Shown piece after piece: positions 52,971-62,864 of a DNA stretch of 64,000 nucleotides (the stretch's first letter is position 1; each line of letters opens with the position of its first letter). The position numbers and the translations under genes are program-made. The stretch comes from Octopus sinensis. Lineage: Eukaryota. Where the stretch lies: NCBI RefSeq assembly GCF_006345805.1, contig NC_043018.1:14880001-14944000 (forward strand), given 5' to 3'. The notes beneath the pieces were generated by a model, which worked only from the letters and a program-made list of their open reading frames with translations, did no database searches and had not been told where the DNA came from.

Positions 52971-55900
52971 ATAATAGGCACAGGAGTGGGTGTGTGGTAA
53001 GGTGGTAAGTAGCTTGCCTACCAACCACATGGTTCAGGGTTCAGTCCCACTGCGTGGCATCTTGGGCAAGTGTCTTCTGCTATAGCCCCGGGCCGACCAA
53101 TGCCTTGTGAGTGGATTTGGTAGACGGAAACTGAAAGAAGCCCGGCGTATATATGTATATATATATAATGTATGTATATGTGTGTATGTGTTTGTGTGTC
53201 TGTGTTTGTCTCCCTAGCATTGCTTGACAACCGATGCTGGTGTGTTTACGTCACCGTCACTTAGCGGTTCGGCAAAAGGAGACCGATAGAATAAGTACTG
53301 GGCTTACAAAGAATAAGTCCCGGGGTCGATTTGCTCGACTAAAGGCAGTGCTCCGGCATGGCCACAGTCACATGACTGAAACAAGTAAAAGAGTAAAAGA
53401 GAGTATATATATATGCAAAGGTGCATGGCTCAATGGTTCAAGCGTTGGGCTCACAATCATGAGATAGTGAGCTTGATTCCCAGACAAGGCTGTGTTGTGT
53501 TCTTGAGCAAGACACTTTATTTCACGTTTCTCCAGTTCACTCCGCTGTAGAAATGAGTTGCGATGTCACTGGTGCCAAGCTGTATTAGCCTTTCCCTTGG
53601 GTAACATCAGTGGCATGGAGAGGAGAGGCTGATATGCTTGGGTGACTGCTGGTCTTCCATGAACAACCTTGCCTGGACTTGTGCCTCAGAGGGTCACTTT
53701 CTCGGTGCAATCCCACGGTCAGTCCCATGACCAAATGGGGTCTTTTACATACATGTGTGTGTGTGTGTATCGTGACTGCTTTGTGGATTGAACTTACTAC
53801 CACTCCCTAAAGTACTACACTTATGCCTACATCCACTTTTTAACGTGTATCAAAGTATAGGCATCACAAGTTGTAGACTAACCAACAAGGAGAATATCTT
53901 TGGACGTTTAATGAACAGTTTGGTTCCAAATTCTTGGAACATTAACTGAATATGAGAAAAAGCTGAAAATGGCTGAAACACTGTGACTATATTAACCAAG
54001 ATGAAGACATCTGTGCGGCCATAAGCAGTGATTAATAAGCCCAGAGATGGATGATAAGTTTAATAATAGATTAAATCAGTCTGATCAAATGAAGCATTTA
54101 TTATGGTATGATTGGATTAATCCACACACAGACACACACACACACACACACACACAATAGTTGTCAAGTTTAAAAGCAAGTATTAACTTTCATGACTAAG
54201 AAGCAGCCACAGTCCAATGAAACAAATCCAGTCTAACAGAGGTGTAATATTAAAGAGAAGTCCATAGGTGACCTCATCACCTGAGGGGGAGTGGTTCCTT
54301 TACAATTTATATTACTCAGCAATTTATATTGATTTACAATAGACTATTTTTTTGTATAGCAATGGTTTACTTTCACCTCAGTCAATATCAAAATTTTTAT
54401 GAAAAAAAAAAAAAACACAAAACCATTTTCAAACTAATTCATACAACAACAGGGAATAATTTCTGGATAGTTTTTGTTGTAGGAAAGAATAATTATCGGC
54501 CATCTTACTGTAATCTGAATTCTGGTTCTTGTAACTTGTTATCATGCTGGAAGCAGTACAAAGTGTACTACTAAATGAGGAGGAGGAGGAGGAAGAGGAG
54601 GTTAAATGTTTCAATATCACTTTCTATCTCCACCACTTAATTACATCAATGTAAGAGATACTTTGAAAAAGGAAAAGCCATGGGAAAGCAGCTGCCCTAT
54701 CACCGCCGCTGCCCTCACCAATTGCTGTTCAATAGAAAGATTCTGTAATATTCTAATATGATAGCAAGTTGTGGAGGCACGTGGCTTAGTGGTTAGGGTG
54801 TCAGCATCATGATCGTAAGATTGTGGTTTCCATTCCTCGACCGGGCGATGCGTTGTGTTCTTGAGCAAAACACTTCATTTCGCATTGCTCCAGTCCACTC
54901 AGCTGGCAAAAATGAGTAACGCTGCGATGGACTGGCGTCCCGTCTCGTCCAGCTAGGGAACACATACACCATGGAAACCGAGAAAGAAGAGAGACAGTGT
55001 GATGAAATTTTGATATGAATAATACTTGAGGGATTTTCCCCATTAAAAACGAAAGATAGTTGCAACAGCCTCACAAGTGGTTGGTTTTGAAGTCCCCATT
55101 GCTGAAACCAGTGCAGGTTTGGCCCAAGGTGTCTATGTTGCACATGAATGATGTGCAGCTGGAGAAGGTGAGGGACGAATGAATGAGTGAGCACCATCTG
55201 CATAAGAGTGGGCCTTGGTGGATGAGATGGCAAGATCATCACTGACATAGAGGAGGAAGAGAATGGAGGACAAAAACCAAAGACTGGGATATTCCAGAGT
55301 TGCTTGAAAATGGAACAAAAGGAATGACACGTGTCACAAGTGTTATTCCCTTAGTTTCAATCTGGCAATCTCATTGGAAATACCACAAAAACATGTTATA
55401 TAGATGTGTGTATATATGTATATACATAGGTGCAGGTGTGGCTGTGAGGTAAGATGTTTGCTTCCCAAACCACATGGTTCTGAGTTCAGTCCCAGTGCGT
55501 GGCACCTTGCAGGAGTGTCTCCAACTATAGTTCTAGGCTGATGAAAGCCTTCAATGGATTTGGGAGACGTAACCGGAAAGAAGTCCATTATATATCTTAT
55601 ATCCTTGACTTGTTTCAGTCACTAGACAGTGACCATGCTGGGGCACTGCCTTGAATTTTTAGTCAAAGGAATCAACATTAGTACTTCGCACACACACACA
55701 TATATATATATACACATATGTATATACTATAGGCTTCTTTCAGTTTCTGTAACAAGGCTTTGGTCAGCTTGAGGCTACAGTACAAGACACTTACCAAAGG
55801 TGCCCCGCAGTGGGACTGAACCCAGAACCATGTGGTTGGGAAGCAGCCACATGGTTTTTTCTTGAGGATAGAGCTGTTTCATACATACAAACACATGCAC

Positions 55901-58900
55901 TTTAGATATATGATATGATATAATATATATATATATAGGTATAGTTGTATAGTAAGAAGCCTGCTTCCCAACAACATGGTTCTGGGTTCAGTCCCACTGC
56001 GTGGAACCTTGAACAAGTGTCTTCTACTATAGCCTAAGATCAACCAAAGACTTCTCTGGATTTGGTAGACAGAAACTTAAAGAAGCTCATCATATGTGCG
56101 TGTGTGTGTGCGTGTGTCTTTGTATCTGTGAGCTGGCAGAAATGTTAGCACATCGGGCGAAATGCTTAGCGGTATTTCGTCTGCCGTTATGTTCTGAGTT
56201 CAAATTCCACCGAGGTCGACTTTGCCTTTCATCATTTCAGGGTCGATAAATGAAGTACCAGTTACGCACTGGGGTCGATATAATCGACTTAATCCGTTTG
56301 TCTGTACTTGTTTGTCCTCTCTGTGTTTAGCTCCTTGTGGGTAGTAAAGAAATAGGTATTTCGTTTGTCGTTAAGTTCTGAGTTCAAATTCCACCGAGGT
56401 CGACTTTGCCTTTCATACTTTCGGGGTCGATTAAATAAGTACCAGTTACACACTGAGGTGGATGTAATCGACTTAATCCCTTTGTTTGTCCTCAATATGT
56501 TTAGTCCTCAGTGGGCAATAAAGAATCAAATATTTTATATTGCAGAAGGCGGCGAGCTTGCAAAAACATTAGCTCGTGGGCGAAATGCTTAGCGGTATTT
56601 CATGTCTTTACGTTCCGAGTTCAAATTTCGCCAAGGTCACATTTACCTTTCATTCTTTTGGGGTCGATAAATTAAGCACCAATTGCGTACTGGGGTCGAT
56701 CTAATCGACTGGCCCCCTCCCCCAAAATTTCGGGCTTTATACCTAGAGTAGAAAAAAATATTTTATATTGTAGAGGTTTCTAGCAGTTTGATTGGTTAAG
56801 TTCTAAAGTTTCTGATTCTATCATCAACATTTCTAGATGTTTACAGTCTCATCTGCAGGATGAAGTGACACTTCTGGGTATTGTTTCCGCTTTCACAGAA
56901 AGAAGGGGCACTGGGATCTGGGATTTGAACTCGTCGGGCAGACGCCATAACAAACGTCGATTTGTGCATTTAAGGAATCCGTTTTGAATAAACTGCAAGA
57001 AATTCGGATGAAAATAAGGAAATGAAAACTTGATGAAAAGATAACAGAGAGAACAGTCGTGTATTCTGTTCGCAATACGGTACATACTTTGCATATAACA
57101 TGTGTTTTAGATTTATGAATGTTGTTATCAATATAACGATACCGGAAATAACAATTCTCAATTTGGTCAGTCAATGAAGGCGAGACCAAGAAACAATGAC
57201 GAATGTGTAAAGATAGTTTGGCCACCAGGAATGGCCGAAACGAATCGAAAAATACTTAAGGCAATGTAGGGGGAATATGGTACTATTTAAGAAGAGTGGT
57301 CCCGGTGCGCGCACTCGCGCATCCGCGCTAGCTAGTCGTGACTAGTCGATCCTTACTTTGTGTTTTTGTGTTTTATTTACTTTGTTTAAAAAATTATCTA
57401 TTTTGTGTGAAAAAAATTATTTATTTTGTGTTTTATTTACTTTGCTAGGTAGTCGTTGTAGGATCGACTAGTCACGACTAGCTAGCGCGGATGCGCGAGT
57501 ACGCGAGTGCGCGCACCGGGACCACTCTTCTTAAATAGTACCGGGGAATATTATTACGTTTTCATTTATTAAAACAAAATAATACTAGATCGTCAAAATG
57601 TAAAATTAGCTAACGTTTATACACCCACCGACAGACAACTCGCATCGTATACATTATACATACATACACACTCGTACACGAAAGAGAAGAAAGCTTGAAA
57701 AGTTACAACGAGCAATAGACAATGTGATAATGATAATCACAACGATGATAACGATAACATCGTATTTAGATATCGTGTGTACACAGACAGACACGAGCGC
57801 TAGTAACATAAGAAGTGCAATTGTTCAAATCAGACGAGGCGAGGGGCACCTCAACGCAGGCTTGGAGGAGCAGGTGCTTTCTGCATCTAAATTGAGCGGT
57901 TCACTAATTTTTGGCAAACCAGACGTCTATACACACACACACATGCCAATGGATCTTAAATTACGAGCACTGAAACATTTACTGGTCAATATGAGTACCT
58001 TTAGGCGGTCATTCGATCTGCTAGACATAGTAACCAGGTTTTCTTCAAAATCACACCTAACGTACTTTCAGAGAAGGGAAAATGTGGTCCAGATTGATTT
58101 GTCTTACGGTACAGTAAAGGCTGGAATGTCTATTATAACAGGCTTTACCTGGGGTAAATTCTATGAGGTTTGACCTGGGGATAAACAACATCATACAAGC
58201 TAAAAGGAGGAGCTACTATGTGGTCATTTGAGCGGCTGGAAATAGCAACCTTATCTAACTCAAATCATGCTCTACCGGCGTTTAAAAAAAAAGACATGTA
58301 AATGGGATGGTCACGACTGGATTATCTCTGCTCGTAAGTTTGATCGATAAGGGTAAATAACAGCAACAACAAACACAAGACACACAAACGAGGGTGTCAC
58401 TGCGTGGTCGCTTGACCTGCTAGAAATAGTAGACAAATCTTCATATCACATCCGACAGCCTTAAAACCATAAAAAAAAAGTTAGACAATGAAATGATGAC
58501 TACAAAAATATGTAACTACCACACGAGACTGGAATGGCTTTGATCAGGATAGGCGTGGGTTAAACACCACCTTCGTATACTGTAGTATTTGAAAATATAA
58601 GAAGTTTGTGTTGGGCAAATAAAATCGGTTAGAAGTTTGACACCAAACAACCAGCGCCAATTAAACAGACACCCCTAGTACCGAATGGCATCCTTCGTGA
58701 CCCACCCCTTTTAATAAAATTAAGGTTAGGATACAATTAAACGTACATAATTAGCTTTTTCTTTCACTTGTTTCTATCATAAGACAGCGGCTAAACTGGG
58801 GCTCCGCCTTGAAGAATTTTAATCGAACGAATCGATACCAGAAGTACATTTTTTAAAGTCAGGTACTTATTCTATCGATCACTAGGTTACGGGGACGTAA

Positions 58901-60200
58901 ACACACCAACACCGTTTGTCAAGCGGTGGTGGGGGGACAAACATCGACACAAAGACACCCACAGCCCCACGACGGGCTTCTTTCAGTTTCCCTCTATCAA
59001 ATCCACTCGCAAAGCTTCGGGCAGCCCAGGGCTACAGTAGAAGACATACATATTACTAAAAATTAAGAGTTAATCGTAAATGATATATGCTTGAGCTAAA
59101 TTTTTAATCATGTTATTTTAGGAAAGTCGCAATGCCCGAGATCAACATTGATCTAAAATACGATCAAAGGCCATTATCTAGCCATCACCATCACATCTTA
59201 TTTTCAGACAATACATTTAGGACTATTATTCAAATTGCATCCTACTTTTCTATTAGGTCGTTCACCCGATATCAGAGGAGTTTGGTTGTTCTTTCAGAAA
59301 GGTCAACTGGCCACGTACAGGCTCCTGACTTCTTTAATAATAGAAAGGGAGCGGCGAAGGACAGGCAATAACAGTCCGAAATTTTTGCCCCAATATAGAA
59401 ATGTGTGTTTGTGTGAGTGATTGATAATATGACATATCCACGAAATTGTGCCCCACCCACGAATTTGCTACTTTACAATTTTCTGAAATGCTTATTTAAA
59501 AAAAAATTTTTTTTTAAAGGAACTTTGCAGAAATACGTAATCGAGGGAACAAATTATAAAAATGTTGATAAAAATAATAAAATAAATTTTACTTTAGACA
59601 ATTTTTCTTTATTTTTTTCCCTCCCTTTCACATTTCTTACCAACAATTTCCCGCACTTTCTATTTTTTCAGATATCTACATTACATTACATTAAGGCATC
59701 GACATTACATAATTTATATCTTGGAAAACATCAGATCTGCAAAATTTCATTAAAAAAAAATGCATTTTGGGGGAAAGTTATGCGAAAAACAAAGAGGCGG
59801 GGCATTAAAGTGTAGTTATACATCTTAGCATTTAATGTATTTTCGGGCGTTTAATTAGTAATTAGCTGTGGACATGGGGGAAGAGTAATTGACCCTAATA
59901 ATACATGGAAAGTTGAACGATCGCGAAGAAACGGATGATGTTGGAAGCCGGAATAAAAGAAGAACGAAAGTAGAAAGTTGGGAATCTCTTTGAAGAGAAT
60001 TTTTGAAAATCACGAGTCAGAAGAGGAAGGAAAGAGATCAGAGAAGGTTTCTGAAGTGGTTCGGATTTATATTTTATGTAACAATGGCTAGGGTTACGGA
60101 TAGATAGGCAGACACATTATTATTATTATTATTGTGGTTTGTAAACAAGAAATCCCAAGACAAAAGAAATTGCAGCCAACTTACTGAGAGTGTAAGACAT
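17781..60200 (-). CDS. WDR1: WD repeat-containing protein 1 / actin-interacting protein 1 (AIP1), spliced CDS of 16 exons, 596 aa
   Basis: Joined exons 60185-60200, 41017-41138, 40264-40354, 38531-38678, 37625-37805, 35851-35928, 34058-34135, 31919-32010, 29381-29522, 27058-27139, 25737-25890, 24865-24946, 23184-23291, 21967-22131, 18818-18962 and 17781-17887 sum to 1791 nt with consistent phases and no internal stop. The translation has recognisable AIP1 motifs ([41 protein letters not shown]-like [49 protein letters not shown]). Confidence 0.96.
18818..18962 (-). CDS. WDR1: WDR1 exon 15 ([48 protein letters not shown])
   Basis: 145 nt, tttcag acceptor, gtttgt donor. Confidence 0.93.
20530..20644. 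repeat. 23-bp minisatellite x5 (CTGAGACCACATGGTCACAAAAT)
   Basis: Units start at 20530, 20553, 20576, 20599 and 20622. Confidence 0.95.
21967..22131 (-). CDS. WDR1: WDR1 exon 14 ([55 protein letters not shown])
   Basis: 165 nt, ttaacag acceptor, gtaagt donor. Confidence 0.92.
22235..22660. repeat. (CA)n microsatellite punctuated by TGCAAA/CGCAAA
   Basis: Directly visible. Confidence 0.95.
23184..23291 (-). CDS. WDR1: WDR1 exon 13 ([36 protein letters not shown])
   Basis: 108 nt, tcccag acceptor, gtaagt donor. Confidence 0.93.
24865..24946 (-). CDS. WDR1: WDR1 exon 12 ([28 protein letters not shown])
   Basis: 82 nt, tttcag acceptor, gtaatt donor. Confidence 0.93.
25050..25510 (+). mobile_element. 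Short RTE-tail element ((GAT)n tail) with an internal 63-bp tandem array
   Basis: Same 3' module as the 28178-29086 LINE. Related copies at about 11836-11987, 15556-15800, 15898-16081, 19690-19820, 30190-30440, 35640-35730, 42945-43042 and 48590-48680. Confidence 0.75.
25737..25890 (-). CDS. WDR1: WDR1 exon 11 ([51 protein letters not shown])
   Basis: 154 nt, AC acceptor of the U12 intron, gtaagt donor. Confidence 0.93.
25891..27057 (-). other. U12-type (minor spliceosome) AT-AC intron, WDR1 intron 10
   Basis: 5' site ATATCCTTTT (27057-27048), branch site TTCCTTAAT about 10 nt upstream of the 3' end, terminal AC (25892-25891). Splicing gives GHI-N-YWD in frame. Confidence 0.92.
27058..27139 (-). 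CDS. WDR1: WDR1 exon 10 ([27 protein letters not shown])
   Basis: 82 nt, gtctag acceptor, followed by the U12-type donor ATATCCTTT. Confidence 0.92.
28178..29086 (+). mobile_element. RTE-clade LINE 3' end with 3' UTR and (GAT)n tail
   Basis: [27 protein letters not shown] and [16 protein letters not shown] motifs. Its 3' UTR matches the many short (GAT)n/(CAT)n-tailed repeats in the window. Confidence 0.85.
29381..29522 (-). CDS. WDR1: WDR1 exon 9 ([47 protein letters not shown])
   Basis: 142 nt, ttccag acceptor, gtgggt donor. Confidence 0.95.
29611..30048 (+). mobile_element. Non-autonomous Helitron
   Basis: A|TC 5' end, (GTCT/GT)n near the 5' end, subterminal hairpin CCCGG-GCAACG-CTGGG (30021-30036), CTAG|T 3' end. 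Confidence 0.8.
31919..32010 (-). CDS. WDR1: WDR1 exon 8 ([30 protein letters not shown])
   Basis: 92 nt, ctctag acceptor, gtaagt donor. Confidence 0.95.
34058..34135 (-). CDS. WDR1: WDR1 exon 7 ([26 protein letters not shown])
   Basis: 78 nt, poly-T plus gtag acceptor, gtaaga donor. Confidence 0.95.
35199..35560 (+). mobile_element. Degenerate LINE reverse transcriptase fragment (CR1/L2/Jockey-like)
   Basis: [13 protein letters not shown] and [22 protein letters not shown] resemble the RT motifs FLDxxKAFD and GVPQGSVLSP.LF..YINDL. Confidence 0.7.
35851..35928 (-). CDS. WDR1: WDR1 exon 6 ([26 protein letters not shown])
   Basis: 78 nt, ttgcag acceptor, gtaagt donor. Confidence 0.95.
36312..36353 (-). 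ncRNA. Hammerhead-like motif with variant core (CUGUAGA), unit 1
   Basis: CTTT-CTGTAGA-A-GAGC(GTAG)GCTC-GAAA-CGT-A-AAAG, with A6 replaced by U and an ACGT palindrome. Confidence 0.4.
36922..36963 (-). ncRNA. Hammerhead-like motif with variant core, unit 2
   Basis: Identical to unit 1, displaced by 610 bp. Confidence 0.4.
37625..37805 (-). CDS. WDR1: WDR1 exon 5 ([60 protein letters not shown])
   Basis: 181 nt, taccag acceptor, gtgagt donor. Confidence 0.95.
38531..38678 (-). CDS. WDR1: WDR1 exon 4 ([49 protein letters not shown])
   Basis: 148 nt, ttccag acceptor, gtacgt donor. Confidence 0.95.
38711..39233 (-). mobile_element. (TAA)n-tailed retroelement 3' segment, copy 1
   Basis: About 520 bp with (TAA)n on both sides; homologous to 39307-39722. 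No ORF recognised. Confidence 0.65.
39307..39722 (-). mobile_element. (TAA)n-tailed retroelement 3' segment, copy 2 (more truncated and diverged)
   Basis: Same sequence as copy 1 with many TG/CA substitutions; its tail is 39234-39306. Confidence 0.65.
40264..40354 (-). CDS. WDR1: WDR1 exon 3 ([30 protein letters not shown])
   Basis: 91 nt, cgtag acceptor, gtaaga donor. Confidence 0.95.
40467..40666. repeat. 20-bp GC-rich minisatellite x10 (GGGCCTGCAACCAGGAACGT)
   Basis: Exact 20-bp period with two single-base variants. Confidence 0.97.
41017..41138 (-). CDS. WDR1: WDR1 exon 2 ([41 protein letters not shown])
   Basis: 122 nt, ttttcag acceptor, gtaagt donor. Confidence 0.95.
42107..42310 (-). 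mobile_element. CR1/L2-type LINE 3' end
   Basis: [34 protein letters not shown]...* matches the typical CR1/L2 ORF2 C-terminus and is followed by an (ATT)n tail. Confidence 0.8.
46436..46808 (+). mobile_element. tRNA-derived SINE family A, full-length copy
   Basis: AGGCACAGGAGTGGCTGTGTGGTAAG head, B box and GTAAAAGAGTAAAGAG tail. Confidence 0.85.
47171..48567. mobile_element. Tc1/mariner-type non-autonomous element with nested Helitron and SINEs
   Basis: TA flanks on both sides (47169-47170, 48568-48569). Imperfect TIRs CAGTATCCCACAGAAGTATATACACCCCT... / ...AGGGGTACATATTTCTGTGAGATACTG extend about 80-95 bp. Confidence 0.75.
47268..47644 (-). mobile_element. Non-autonomous Helitron, same family as 29611-30048
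   Basis: A|TC ... CCCGAGCAACGCCGGG hairpin ... CTAG|T on the minus strand; the 5' ~200 bp are homologous to the 29.6 kb copy. Confidence 0.8.
50435..50728 (+). mobile_element. TIR-bounded 294-bp element containing a hammerhead ribozyme motif
   Basis: Perfect 24-bp inverted repeats AGTAGTTGTATACTGTCAACTTAA (50435-50458 / 50705-50728) with nested internal inverted repeats. Confidence 0.7.
50522..50564 (+). ncRNA. Minimal type I hammerhead ribozyme motif
   Basis: TCCAGA-CTGATGA-A-GAG(CAAAGC)CTC-A-GAAA-CTAGT-C-TCTGGA: 6-bp helix I, intact CUGAUGA/GAAA core, palindromic ACTAGT helix III, and a GUC site with predicted cleavage after 50558. Positions 10.1/11.1 are A and A rather than G-C. Confidence 0.75.
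51913..52085. repeat. Higher-order (TG)n-AAAAT repeat
   Basis: Alternating (TG)n TAAAATT / TAAAATA units. Confidence 0.9.
52976..53403 (+). mobile_element. tRNA-derived SINE family A, full-length copy
   Basis: Same head, body and tail as the other family A copies. Confidence 0.85.
55030..55330 (-). mobile_element. Degenerate LINE reverse transcriptase fragment
   Basis: [14 protein letters not shown]...AHSYADG resembles LSP.LFLLYINDL...SYADD. Confidence 0.55.
56123..56755 (+). mobile_element. Head-to-tail cluster of three family B SINE copies
   Basis: The ggtatttc...gagttcaaatt...ggggtcgat body recurs three times in tandem. Confidence 0.8.
57279..57542. mobile_element. Mutator-like (MULE) MITE
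   Basis: 75-bp TIRs that are perfect except for an 8-nt duplication in the right arm, an AT-rich spacer, and a 9-bp target-site duplication GGGGAATAT (57270-57278 and 57543-57551). Confidence 0.9.
60185..60200 (-). CDS. WDR1: WDR1 exon 1 (coding part, MSYTL + first base of K)
   Basis: ATG TCT TAC ACT CTC A followed by the consensus donor GTAAGT. Phase 1 matches exon 2 (AA ACC), and it lies in CpG-rich sequence. Confidence 0.85.
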
Positions 60201-60290
60201 CGCCGCTGATTGCTGTGCAGACAAATGGGGAGAGAGATTTCCGTCAACGTCCGCTCGATCCCGGAACTGCTTTCGGCTGCCTACACATAC
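60201..60290 (-). promoter_or_regulatory. Probable WDR1 5' UTR / core promoter region
   Basis: CpG-rich sequence directly upstream of the ATG, with ETS-like CCGGAA (60261-60266) and CGGAAAT motifs. The TSS cannot be determined from sequence. Confidence 0.5.
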
Positions 60291-60765
60291 ATTAGAAATA
60301 AATGCATCACATGTGTGTATATATATCTATATCTATATATAATATATGTATATATATATATACAGATATATATTATATATAAATATATATATTTATAAGG
60401 TTGTATAAATTCTTTTATTTGTGTGTGTGTATATCTGTGGTGGTAGGGGGGGTGCAACATTTCCGTTAGTTGTCGGCAAATTCCGCAAGCCACACCTGCT
60501 GCAAACAAAAAGACCGGCTTTACAACGATATATGATTTATTTCTATGAAAGCACATTACAGAAATAAAATTTGTTCACATTCTGGCGAATAAAGAATGGG
60601 AGCTGTTTTAAACATTTGGAGATTTTCATGTCGTATGTAATGTCTGTCATTATTCAGTTTATTTCAATATTTCTTGTTATATTTCTTCAATATTTCTAAC
60701 CTAGATCCAAAGCTCCATCATTGGCATTTCAACATCAACAACAGGGTATTTTTGTATGTATGTAT

Positions 60766-62057
60766 ATGCAGATTTGTATGCTATAAGTATGTATTCCCAT
60801 GCATATAGTTGCATATCTAGACATGCTCATATATATTTAAATAAGAAACTCCTAGAAAGTTTTACAGATTTTTACAGTTCCAGTGATGGATTGGATCTGT
60901 AGTCTTCGAATTGGCTTTCTCCTTTCTGGTTTTTTAAGAAGCCTAATTTCTCGTGATTGGTATTTAGGCAGTGTGCTACATATCCCAGGGCCCAATAAGT
61001 ACAGGTATGAACCTTAACTCGTAATCTGGACAGAGTAACTGTAAATTTCTCAATAGTTCAGCATAGGAGTTCTCTTTTTCACTGATCTTCAGCTTTATGT
61101 TAACATCCACAGTGTAGCTAATTACCACAACTGTACACAGTTTCTCTTCTCTATCCCAAATCATTATATCAGGTTTATAGTTTTCCCCCTTTACACAACC
61201 ATATAACAACATCTATCCTGACCAAACTCCAACCCTACATCCTTTGAGAATGTTGCAACTACGTCAAGGCTCTTTTTCATCTCATGCATATTCTTTGCAT
61301 AAAGTTTTAAGTCATCCACAAAGAAACAGCGTATAATTTTGGTATTTCTGTTTCCTCAGTGAGATATCCTTCAGACTTCCTTAACATGAATGACAAGGGC
61401 TTTACAGAAAGTACAAATAACATCCCAGGGAGGCTGACTCTTTGGAATATGACTTTGCGATACTGTATTCTATCGGTGATAATACAGTCACTCTTTGCAT
61501 TAAATTTCAAGATGGTGACCCACGATGAAGTCAGGTCAGCTATGGCTTTGACTATTCTCACTGGAACTTTAGCAAATTGAAGGGCTTCTTGCATCCATGA
61601 GTGGAAGACAGAGTCAAAGGCTTTCTTGTAGTCCAGCCACATTAAAACTAGGTTCCTTCTATGCTCTCGCACCTCTGACATCACAGTTATGTTGATTAAC
61701 AATTTGCCTGGCACATCCCCAGACTCCCTTCTTCCCAGCTGCTTGTTTTGTTGTGATAATGTTATTGGTTTCATAATGGTTCTGGAGGAAGAGGTTTAAA
61801 CATGCTGTATATATCTTATACATTAAGTTCTGGCATACAATTGGCTGATAGTTTTTTGCCATGTGGGTGGTTCTGCATTTGGAGATCAATTTTGTCTCTG
61901 CCAGAGCTAACTAGTGTGGTATACTACTGTTCCCAATGAGAGCTTGCTAGTTCAAATTGATAAGATATGGTCAGTAGAATGGTAGCTTCTTGTACCAATA
62001 TCCAACAATCAAGTCTCTACCAGGAGCTTTTCCATTCGGGAGTTTCTGGATCGCAGT
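60766..62057 (-). mobile_element. Degenerate R4/Dong-clade non-LTR retrotransposon (RT fragment, internal deletion, RLE endonuclease C-terminus)
   Basis: Frameshifted peptides: GKAPGRDLIVGYWYK, NYQPIVCQNLMYKIYT, WLDYKKAFDSV, DDLKLYAK...GLEFGQDRC and KPDIMIWDREEKLCTVVVIS (PD-type nuclease motif). Confidence 0.8.
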
Positions 62058-62316
62058 TGTATGTATGTATGTATTTATGTACATATGTACGTATGTACGT
62101 ATGTACATACGTACATTCTCTCTCCATTTTTTCCTCTCCATCCTTTCTGTCAAAGAGCCATAGCCTCAAAACATCAAAGACTTTTCCATTCTTCCCGAGC
62201 GTCAAAACTAATACACCTTGTTATTCCCTCACTTGTCTTCATCTTTTGTTTTCTGTAAATTTGAACTATTTTTTTTACTTGTTTTAGTCACCTGACTGCA
62301 GTCACACATACACATT

Positions 62317-62347
<31 letters not shown>

Positions 62348-62864
62348 ACACACATCTTTTATCTTGTATCTTTAACATGTTTCAGTCATTAGACTGTGGC
62401 CATGCTGGGGCAGTGCCTTAAAGGGTTTTTTACAGTCGATCAAATCGACCCCAGGAGTTATTCTTTTTAAGTCTGGTACCTACTCCATTGGTCTCCTTTG
62501 CTGAACCACTAAGTTACGGTGATAAAAAGACACCAGCACCAGTTGTCACTCAGTGGTGGGGAACAAGTACAGACACAAAGACAAACACACACATAAATGT
62601 ACACACACACACATATGAAACCCCTCGATCGAACAACACTGTTTACAAGGCTCTATGCTTGCAATGACCAAATATAACTACCATTGGAGCTCACACACCA
62701 AGTACAGGACCACTTCTTCACCTCTTATATACACCATTCTACTTGAATAGTGGAACTGCAAATACAATATCCTTATGTATCTCACTTCTATTTTCATTCT
62801 CTCACTTCCTTCTGTATTTCATATCTTCTCTACAATAATTAATACTCAGACATTTTCTCTCACC

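Noticed and set aside
57088-57101. ATG TTA TAT GCA AA|GTATGT as WDR1 exon 1
   Set aside because: 14 nt gives the wrong phase for exon 2. The 60185-60200 exon has the right phase, a consensus donor and an MSYTLK start.
57724-58173. 149-aa plus-strand ORF, and the 132-aa ORF at 59417-59815
   Set aside because: No recognisable domain, they include low-complexity or SINE-derived sequence, and they lie antisense within WDR1 intron 1.
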